Assembly: GCA_000934665.2 (NCBI GenBank)
Contig: KZ538039.1
Span: 1-64,000 of the forward strand
Direction of reading: 5' to 3'
DNA length: 64,000 nt
DNA from: Catajapyx aquilonaris
Lineage: Eukaryota
How positions within the stretch are numbered: position 1 is the stretch's first letter; each line of letters opens with the position of its first letter. The notes below the pieces were generated by a model. It did no database searches. It saw only the letters and a list, made by a program, of their open reading frames with translations, and had not been told where the DNA came from. Positions 55,401 to 64,000 of this stretch are shown one piece after another. The translations under genes were made by a program, and so were the position numbers.

Positions 55401-58400
55401 TGAGGCGGGATTATTAGCCTCCAACAGAGGTGCTAGCTAGGGGAGTGCGAGTCATTGCATCAGGGGGAAGCAGCACCTCTGTTGAGCACTAATAATTCCG
55501 CCTCATGTGGAAAGGAAGTCCTTTAACCGACTGTACCATCTCATATGCTATGCACAAGAAGGTTTCTTCATCCTATTTCAACATGCGTTTTTTAAAGGCG
55601 GCTTCCACCTCTCAGAAAAATCCAAGATAATTCTATATGATTTCCCACTCCCTCTAATAAATTATGAAAACATTAAGTGTCCGTTTGAAAATTTTTGAAG
55701 GTCCGGTTGAAACGGAGGTAATGTGAGTCACCAGGTGCAAAAAAAGGCCGTTCAGGTGGTAAGCCGGCACCGCCTAGAGCTTGGAGCAGTCCGCCCGACC
55801 AATTAGGAATGAGGCCACTTTCGTAGCCTCAATGGCGCCGGGGAGCTTGACTACCTTCACAGAGCTTTCTGATTTTTTTCCTGGCGAAAAGTAAGTCACA
55901 GAATTTCGGGAATTTGTAATATGGTTTTCAGCTGCACATCCACTTACCGGGAAATAAGCGGCAGGAAGCTATGTGTATTTTAATTCGCGTAGTAAATGTT
56001 TGCTTACAATGAATGGGACCTTTGGCCTATGACGTTTGCCATGAAAAATATAATGAGAGTGGTGTAAATACTCATGAACATAGCCTAAGGTAACTCTTCT
56101 AGTTTCTATGGTGAAATAAATTTCCGGCGGGGTTATACCAGTGAATTTTAAAAAATTATTTTGTTTGGTTGCATTATAATGCAAACGAAATGGCCGCAGG
56201 AGACAAAGGGTTAATAATACTGTCTCGTGTTGGTGGAAGATTCTTGTGGCCACATATCTCGTGCATGGCTCGTTGTTGATTTTCATGAGACTTATTTTCT
56301 TTGAAGGTGCTGTCCTTGCACACAAGGGCTGTGTGAATGAAGCCCGTGACATATTTGCCCAAGTAAGAGAAGCTACTGCTGATTTCTGTGACGTCTGGCT
56401 CAACATAGCCCACGTTTATGTAGAGCAGAAGCAATATGTCAGTGCTATTCAAATGGTGAGTCCCACATTACAAATCAAATTTTTAGATAATTTTGAGGGT
56501 TCAATCAATGGAAAATGAATATTTGTAAAGTTTTATACGCATATGCCTCACTTTGCAAATGTCATGAAACCATGGGGTTGCTGCTTGTATGTATAAATTG
56601 CAATAAAATGGTCCATCATTCTTCATGGGGATAGGAGACCATGGCTATTAAAAGGTTATGGGCTCCAACTTGGAGATGTCCCAATTCTAACATATTGCCA
56701 TGTTTTCTTGTCAGTATGAGAACTGCTTGAAAAAATTCTACAAATACCACAACGTGGAGGTGCTGCTGTACTTGGCCCGCGCATACTTCAGAGCAGGGAA
56801 GCTGAAGGAAGCCAAGATGACCCTTCTGAAGGTAAAATTATACATGCTAAACCCATGCATAGGTCATATTGCAACACTGGAAAGAGGAGTACTTCTAATG
56901 GGAATGGACCAGGAACCTTGAGCAGCTTCTTATCAGCATCCTTTGTGCAGGGTCTGGTTTTAGTTCACCTACTTGTCTCATTGTCTGTGCATGCTGGTGG
57001 TAGGCTGTCTGGCTGCAGCTGTCACTGAGCTGAGACTTTCCGCATGTTATAGCTATCAAAGTGGTGGATTATAGTGTTGTGATTGCAAGAGTTCATGTAG
57101 CTCTCACGATATTGTCATAATTGGATGCTTAATTCTTCATGTGGTCATTTTAGGATATTTCATGCCACTTAGCACATACCTCAAGGGATTAGCAGTGGCA
57201 TTTGCACCAGTGTCTCGTTCATGTGTAAATCAATAATACAGGGTGATTCAATTGAGTTATTCTTTCTGTTATAAATATTTTGGGCACTAAACTTTTCATT
57301 TTTAAGCAGTTACTTTTGCATAGTACTTCAAAAGTTTTACAATCAAAGGGTTTTTGCTGACAATGTCAGGTAGGGACCCATAATGTTTGATGGCAATTGT
57401 TCCAATGGGTCATTCTAGGAATTTCATTGCAACTTTGATAAATGATAATTTAGTTTGGTTGCATATTCACTATAGATAACCACTGAAAGTAACTGCAAAA
57501 GTACATGCTTGGAAATAAGCATCGTAATGCAGAAAATGATTAACTGCACTTTACTGGACAATTCTGTTGGATCACCCTCCAATCATACATGCGCAGGAAA
57601 CTAGATGATGACGCACGTCATAATATTACAGGCCCGCCGTGTGTCACCCCATGAGACCATAATCCTCTACAACATTGCCCTGGTGCTTCAGCGCCTGGCC
57701 ACTCATATCTTGAAAGATGAGAAGTCGACATTAGAGACAGTGCTGCAAGCTGTGCGGGAGCTTGGCCTCTCTCACCGCTACTTCCAGCACCTCTCTACGC
57801 ATGGAGATCGGATGAAATATGATCTTGCACAGGCTGCAGCTGAGTCTAGGCATTGCCAGGACCTCTTATCTCAGGCACAATATCACATAGCCAGAGCTAT
57901 GCAATTGGATGAGGCAGAGAAGGAGCTCAGATACAAGCAGGAGAAAGAGCGAGAAGCATTCAGGCTTAAGCAGGTGAGTGATTGTTGCGGTGGAGATCCA
58001 TTTGAGGAGATGATATGGCGAGGGGAGATGTGTTGGAAGAGTTTGGTGTACTCGGCAGGCGTCAGGAATGCCTCATTCCATGGAATTTCTTGCAAGAGTT
58101 TGGCAACTTCTAGTGTATGGGGAGTACTGGTTTCAACCAGTTACAAGCAGTTCTAACAAGCATTCCAGGACTTGGCAAAAGGCAATCGGGATAATAATCC
58201 CTGTAAGGGGTGGGGTGGATGGGGAGGGAGGCAGGCAGGGGGAAAGAGGAGGGGCAGGAGAGTGGGGGTAAGGAGGGAAGGGAACAGAGGAGAAATGGGG
58301 TCAAACACTGTTCAGCTGGAGGGAAAGCAGGATGGCAGTGAGTAGCACAAGCTTGGGCCTGGAGAAACGGAAGATTTCTACTGAAGATTCCAAGTTACTT

Positions 58401-60952
58401 CTCCTGACATGTGTCAGTATATTATCATAACATAGTCTGTTGGACTTGACGTGATTGCACCATCGTTCTTCTGGGTGTTGCATGCATGCCGTTATTTTGT
58501 AGGTACATTTACATGGGTGACCTTTAGCCAGAAATATCTAATGGCCAGATGTTATGTTTTTGATAGGATGGTAGATATGACCTTTTTCGTTCCTTGTCTC
58601 ATCTCTCTGACACCAGGTAGCATTCCCTGATGAGTTTCATTGAGGATAAAATAATATGCAGGCATCTACAAAAATTATATTTCCTGGTGACCAAGTCATT
58701 CATTACTTACCACCTTAACATGGAAGGCAGGTTCATGTGTGTGGGGTATTGCAATACTGATTATAATTGAATTTGCTTAGGTTGAGGAGCAGAAGAAAAA
58801 GGAGGAAAAACGCAAGGTTCAGATGGAGGAAATGTTGCGGAAGCGAGAGGAGTTTAAGGAGAAGAAGAAGAATGCACTCATATTTGACGCCATGCCAAAC
58901 GAGAAATCGGGTAAGAGAGGCAGGGGACGAAGGAAGGAGGATGAATACATCAGTGATTCTGCAAGTGGAGCTGAGAATGCAGGTCCAGTAACGTCAAGAC
59001 CTAAAAAGAAGAGGAAGAAGGGCGGGTCAGGATCAGAAGAGGAGGGTAGGAGGAAAGGTCGCAAGGGTGGGGAGGAGAGAGGCAGGCCTAGGACCAAGGC
59101 TGGGAGGAGGGCTGGTGGGAGAGGTAAGAAGCTCAAAGAAGATGATGGACTTTCGGCCAAGCAAAGAAGTAGGATTGTGTCAAAGGCCACCATATCTACT
59201 AGCGAGTCGGATTCTGATGATGGTGACAAAGCCAAGGGGGGCGGGTAAGTGTGATTTTCTTTAGCTACTAGCAGCATGTTATGCAAGGAATATAAAAATT
59301 TGATTTTACATAGGGAAAGCAGTGGAGCAGAAAATGTGTCTCTGAAGAAGCGTCGTATTGCTTCTGATTCTGAGAGTGAAGGAAGGCGATCCAAATCATC
59401 CTCTCGCTCTCGTTCATCTGGGTCAAAATCCAAATCAAGATCAAGATCTCGATCCAGGTCCAAGTCTGCGTCCAGGTCCAGGTCAAAGTCAAGCTCCAGA
59501 TCAGATTCTGGATCACAATCACGATCTAGGTCACGATCTAGGTCACGATCAAAGTCGAGGTCCAAGTCTGGTTCCAGATCAAAATCAGGATCAAAGTCTC
59601 GTTCTCCATCTGGCTCTCGATCTAAATCTGGTTCCAGATCTGGATCTGGCTCCAGGTCCAGGTCCAGATCTTCCTCAGCAGCGTCGAGGAAGAGCTCTAA
59701 ATCAAGTTCAAGGTCTCGATCAGCATCACCTTCCAAATCTCGATCCAAATCTCGATCCAAATCCAGATCTAAATCCAGGTCTCTATCCAGATCCAAATCC
59801 AGGTCAAAATCACGATCCAAGTCCAGGTCCAAATCTCGATCCAAGTCCAGATCTAAATCTAGGTCTCGATCCAGATCCAAATCCAGGTCAAAATCACGAT
59901 CCAAGTCCAGGTCAAAATCAAGATCCAAATCCAGGTCAAAATCAAGATCCAAATCCAGGTCAAAATCACGATCCAAGTCCAGGTCAAAATCAAGATCCAA
60001 ATCCAGGTCAAAATCACGATCCAAGTCCAGGTCAAAATCAAGATCCAAATCCAGGTCAAAATCAAGATCCAAGTCAAGATCCAAATCAGGATCCCCACCA
60101 GCATCTAAGTCAAGATCTCATTCACATTCAAGATCTCGCTCCGGCTCGGAGTCAAGATCACTCTCTGGCTCTCGTTCTGTGTCTAAATCCCGTTCTGCCA
60201 GTCCAGCTTCACCAGATGCAAGACGCTCGAAATCTAGGTGAGTGGAATGTTAATTTTTATTGCCCCACAATAAGATAGTCAGTTAATGTGACAACAGCTC
60301 CATAGAGTTCTGTTTTGATTTGTAACTAGTGGTGCCAGGTAATTTTTTTAATCACATTTTTTCCCACTCTCTAGATCTCGTACTCGGTCAAGATCCATGT
60401 CTTCGCATAGCAGCCAGAGAGGTTCAGTAAAGTCTGGAGACTCTCGAAGCCGAAGATCTTCCAGTCGGAGCTCGGTCAGTGTCAGCTCTGGATCTGGTGG
60501 CCTGAGGGAGTCCCGCTCTCCTTCTCGATCTCGATCACGAAGTGGCTCCCGCAGCAGGAGCCGATCCCCAGAGAGGACTCAACCTGCACCTGGACCAAGC
60601 GTCCCACACCCTCGCAGGTCCCGCTCTAGAACCAGGTCTCGAAGTGGGTCTGTGACATCAAACAGGAGCCATTCACCTAATAAACATGGACCAGGGCCAT
60701 TCAGGTCAGTACATAATCATGCATCAAGTAAATTTTGGACATGCATTTCAAGGTGTCCATTTAAATGTAATGAACTAATAATAATATCTAGAATGGATGA
60801 GTATGGTGATACAGTTTGCTATTGTACTAAAGAAATGTTCTATCAACGTATTCTTAAAAATCTCTTCCAGGGATGCGTCTCCAAGAAGCAGAAAATCTAA
60901 TTTGGGGAGTGATGACAGTGAAAGAGACAGTGATGAGCAGTCTTTGGACTAA
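49206..60952 (+). CDS. CTR9: RNA polymerase-associated protein CTR9 homolog (PAF1 complex TPR scaffold), 14 exons, ~1454 aa, long RS-rich C-terminus
   Basis: Exons: 49206-49346, 49486-49725, 50281-50549, 50805-51228, 51369-51888, 52835-53016, 54765-54945, 56307-56455, 56715-56831, 57632-57973, 58781-59244, 59314-60237, 60375-60704, 60871-60952 (TAA); total 4365 nt with consistent phases. Peptides [101 protein letters not shown] are characteristic of CTR9. Confidence 0.96.
49890..50212. mobile_element. Tc1/mariner-pogo-type MITE in CTR9 intron 2
   Basis: TIR CACTGCACTCCCCATTATCTGGG versus reverse complement CACTGTACTCCTCATTATCTGGG (21/23). TA flanks at 49888-49889 and 50213-50214. Confidence 0.7.
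52139..52452 (+). mobile_element. tRNA-derived SINE with V-domain-like core and (ATT)n tail, in CTR9 intron 5
   Basis: Pol III A box TGGCCGAGTGG 52152-52162 and B box GAGTTCGATCC 52195-52205. The central GTTCTCTCCGTGTTCGCATGGATTTTCTCGGGGTTCTCCCGTTTCCTCCCAC resembles the V-SINE domain. 3' hairpin AGGCCC-AAG-GGGCCT 52366-52380; (ATT)~19 at 52395-52450; 12-bp target-site duplication CATAGTCTATGG at 52127-52138 and 52453-52464. Confidence 0.88.
53403..54362. mobile_element. Non-autonomous DNA transposon / MITE (~960 bp) in CTR9 intron 6
   Basis: Perfect 31-bp TIR CGTCGGCCGGCGATCAAAACCTCGTAACTCC (53404-53434 / 54331-54361). Perfect internal 17-bp IR AATGGGGAAGTAGCCTT (53558-53574 / 54247-54263). 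TA lies one base outside each TIR. No transposase ORF. Confidence 0.85.
55203..56210. mobile_element. piggyBac-type non-autonomous element in CTR9 intron 7
   Basis: TTAA at 55199-55202 and 56211-56214 flank the TIR CCCTTTGTCT...AGACAAAGGG (10 bp perfect, 13/15 extended). Confidence 0.7.
55365..55533. mobile_element. Fold-back MITE nested inside the piggyBac-type element
   Basis: TA-CAG...CTG-TA ends. About 60-bp imperfect inverted arms (TTAAAGGATTTCCTTTCCACATGAGGCGGGATTATTAG..CAACAGAGGTGCT / AGCACCTCTGTTG..CTAATAATTCCGCCTCATGTGGAAAGGAAGTCCTTTAA). Confidence 0.75.
59732..60088 (+). repeat. Coding 12-nt/24-nt minisatellite encoding (SKSR)~30 in CTR9 exon 12
   Basis: Tandem TCCAAATCCAGG-TCAAAATCAAGA and synonymous variants. 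Confidence 0.9.
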
Positions 60953-62572
60953 TCATTTTTTGATATACTGGACTTTCTAATGATGAGAATTAAATGACGA
61001 GCCCTTGTGCTTTGCACTTTGCTGTGCAACAGGAAATGGACTGTTACACATACGTGGGGAAGTGAGTCAATTCAGAAAGCTTGCGTTATTTCCAGTTTGA
61101 TGTTACATTTCTCATCACCAGACCTTCACCTGGTACTTCTTTTTGTAAGAAAATAAGAAAAAAGGCGCATTTTTTGGTTGCATTTTGACCAAGAAGGTAC
61201 TTCTTCTCATTGTGAATTGTGAAGTATTTCTGGCATTTGTGTAATATTTTGTCCTAGAGTAGGCTGCATCATTCCATATGTGATCAGCACACTCCCAGGT
61301 TGTGGCATGCACTGTTTCAATTCAAAAATCAGAACTGATGGCCTGCAATTTCAGATGCCACCCATTGCATCTTCATTGATTGATTTGGATGAAGCATAAA
61401 TTAGTATACACATGGATTAGGAATACTCCCTCTTTTGCAGAGCTTTTTTGTGTTGGGCTCATTTAGCTGTATTTCCAATTACTGACATGTGTACTAATTT
61501 TTATGCACCTACGGACACCTTACTTTATGACGGGTGGCTTACGTAGTTGTAGGCCACCAGTTCTTGATTTTTAACAAAGCATATGGCAGGAAGCTAGGAT
61601 TATACTGATCACATACAGAATGATGTGTCTTACAACATTATCGCCTACTAAAGCAAGGACTTCTTATTTCCTCACACATGTAAGTGGATCATTCATTATT
61701 TGGATGTACTTGTAGAATCGAACAATAAAGGAATTGTGAAGGAAAATAATACAAATGTGTGTAATTTTTATTGGTAACGTACTGTGGTTATTTGGAGTCC
61801 AGCCTGATCTAAATATGCTTATGTTACCATGGGTGTTTTGTGTGGTTCCCAGAGGCGCCCTGCACCATACGAGGTAAATGTCATCTTATCAATCATTGCA
61901 TCATTGATTCCGGTGCAAGAACTGGTGGCTGTAATTAGCAACAGACTTGCATGTTGCACAGGCAGTGGATCAGACCCTTTCCTTCTGTCTGAAGTTGTTA
62001 CCTGCTGTTACCTTGTAATAGAAATCATTTTCCCTGCCTCTTTACTTCATGTACAGTATTTACCCATCTCCCAAGCTACTGCTCCAGTTGTCAAGTATTG
62101 TACCATTACTCCATGACTCCATGTGATTATCTCCTGATCACCGTAACAAGTTTGGTCTGATCAGCTTCAAATTCCTCTATAGACATGGCCTAGGTATGAC
62201 ATAACCATAGATATTAAAGCTACCTTTAATAACATAACATTCAAGAGTTGGAGCCTTTACTGTTACTGGGGCGCAGCAGCAAAAATACCGTAGAATGCAT
62301 TTTGTAGGGAATTTTTTGTGGCGAAATGCATTGTTAATCGAGACAATCACGAAGCAGGTGCCCTACGCAAAGGTTTGGCTTTGACAATGGTACCATACGA
62401 GACACGATTTCATTAAAATTGTGGACATACGGGTTCAGACACGTGTCCAATTTTGTCTTCGATTTATTCACCATGTTATTCAATATACCTCCAATACACA
62501 CTGTACTCCCGAGTCCCGATTATCCGTGCACTGCCAAAAAAATAACATTTTAAATTCAAGTCCAAAAAATTG

Positions 62573-62643
62573 GGCCGAATTTTCGTCCCACTGCTAGATA
62601 CTGCTAACTTAGCAGTACCTAGCAGTGAGATGAAAATTTGACC
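62573..62643. repeat. 71-bp imperfect palindrome abutting the mariner relic
   Basis: 35-bp arms around C62608 (..CACTGCTAGATACTGCTAA-C-TTAGCAGTACCTAGCAGTG..). All mismatches are transitions. Confidence 0.8.
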
Positions 62644-62645
62644 TA

Positions 62646-62950
62646 CGGGGTGCTATCCAGAAGTTCGCGAACTGATGCCAGTACTTTTGAACCGCATATA
62701 GTTTGTCACTACCACTCTAGGTAGTACTGCAGGTGACCCTTCTGAACTACTCCGTCGAAGTGGCAACGTCTGAGGTTGAATGGATCAGTTTCTGTGGGCG
62801 GTTTTGTAGTGTTACATACGTTCTGCAAATCTATCTGGGGGTGAAAATGGATGGCCTAAAAAACAGCGTAAATTCTGTTTCAAACTTGGCAAAAGAGCTG
62901 CAAACTCACAAGATGCTACAACATGCATTCGGTGACAATGCTTTAGGATT
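62646..62950 (+). mobile_element. Truncated mariner transposon relic (left TIR plus frameshifted transposase N-terminus)
   Basis: TA-CGGGGTGCTATCCAGAAGTTCGCG is a mariner-like terminus. From ATG 62847, reading across frameshifts gives MDGLK.QR..KFCFKLGKRAA.THKMLQHAFGDNALG, typical of the Mos1/mariner HTH N-terminus. Confidence 0.75.
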
Positions 62951-63051
62951 ATTGGTCTGCAAATAAACAAAGATTGTTGTTTTCATAGATTGTAATGCTA
63001 GTCATTGCTGGCTACCCCATTATGAGAATAAAGGTGCGTTTACATATGAGT

Positions 63052-63195
63052 GATTTGACGAGCGAAGTCATTGCCAAGCGAAGTAACCAATACTGTTTGG
63101 GGTGAAAGTAACAATCGATTTTCGCCTCAAACAATACTGGTTACTTGGGTTACTCAGCAATGTTACTGCCCGGCAATGACGTCGCTCATCAAATC
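63052..63195. repeat. Degenerate fold-back element (nested inverted repeats)
   Basis: Outer IR GATTTGACGAGCGAAGTCATTGCC / GGCAATGACGTCGCTCATCAAATC. Inner IR AAGTAACCAATACTGTTTGGGGTGAAA / TTTCGCCTCAAACAATACTGGTTACTT. Confidence 0.7.
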
Positions 63196-64000
63196 GCCGC
63201 TTAATGCTGTGATGTAATGAATGAATGAATATCTCGAAAAATTATTTTATATATCGCAATTTACATATCATCATCTCCTTGGTGCATGTGTCAAGGGGTG
63301 CCAAACAGATCCTGTGTGACTCCCAGTACATACTTCACATATTGACAAAGAGCCATAAGTTGTGACAACCATATAACCTGCAATATTATATAACACAAAT
63401 CAGCTGCCAATCACAACATGTAGTGGAACTCCTATAACACAACAATCCATGTCCAAGTTAAACCTGCCTGTAATAAGTGTTGAATGCAGTGGAAACGTGT
63501 CCAAAACAGATCTTTTGTTTGAACACTACACAAAATTCTCAATGTTTTTCCGTCACATACACAGCGACATCAACTCTTCATTTCTGCATGTCTACACTTT
63601 TCAGTGGAAGGTGAGAAGTGTCTTCTGGTCATTTTCTTCGTGGAATTTGAACCATTTCCAAATCAGCACAATGCCATGTTAATCCAGTGAGAAAGACACT
63701 TTTGATAGATAATGAAGCGCTTCCCATTTCTTGAATATTATGCTGGCATGCTTTTATATCAGAGAAAAAATGCTTATAATTTTTAAAAGGTTCGGATAAA
63801 AATTAATGGAATATTTCTGCTCTCCTTGTTCGTAACTAAGGTCATTGTATCATGTGGAGTTCAAAACACAGCCCTATCCACAATATTTAATAAGGTTCAG
63901 CTTATTTCCAGCAATAATGACAAAATATGGAAATATAAGAGTAACATTATTTTATTGCAATAACATAAAATATTTAAAATAATATTTATATTATCCTGTT

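Noticed and set aside
57237..57580. TA-CAGGGTG...CACCCT mariner-type MITE ends (similar pair at ~17457/18165)
   Set aside because: Matches are only 7-9 bp, too short to call.
58819..60084. 421-aa minus-strand ORF of (DL)n, plus the alternative-frame ORF 59358-60278
   Set aside because: Shadow frames of the CTR9 RS-repeat exon; repetitive Ser/Arg codons avoid stops in other frames.
61800..63850. Possible decayed minus-strand exons (61820-62190, 63470-63830)
   Set aside because: Stops in all frames and no recognisable homology.

Overview
Eukaryotic, intron-rich genomic DNA, most likely arthropod (short (TTAGG)n tract, DRE-like promoter motifs, ~60-nt minimal introns). There are no operons, CRISPR arrays or rRNA genes. 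I spliced four protein-coding genes by hand using GT-AG boundaries and phase continuity: (1) a 5'-truncated FRMPD4/Preso-like WW-PDZ-FERM scaffold (+, 15 exons, 2704-41516); (2) ANKRD10 (-, 6 exons); (3) a compact, probably catalytically dead EXD1-like 3'-5' exonuclease (+, 3 exons), head-to-head with ANKRD10; (4) CTR9 (+, 14 exons, ~1454 aa) with a greatly expanded RS/(SKSR)n tail. Between EXD1 and CTR9, the minus strand holds a spliced, frameshifted fragment resembling TM5-TM7 and helix 8 of a rhodopsin-class GPCR, which the ORF track does not assemble. Introns carry a tRNA-derived V-domain SINE with target-site duplication, several MITE-like elements (one nested, one with an 89-bp higher-order satellite), a mariner relic and several near-perfect palindromes. 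I found no convincing novel multi-gene system. All gene identities come from remembered family motifs, not database searches.
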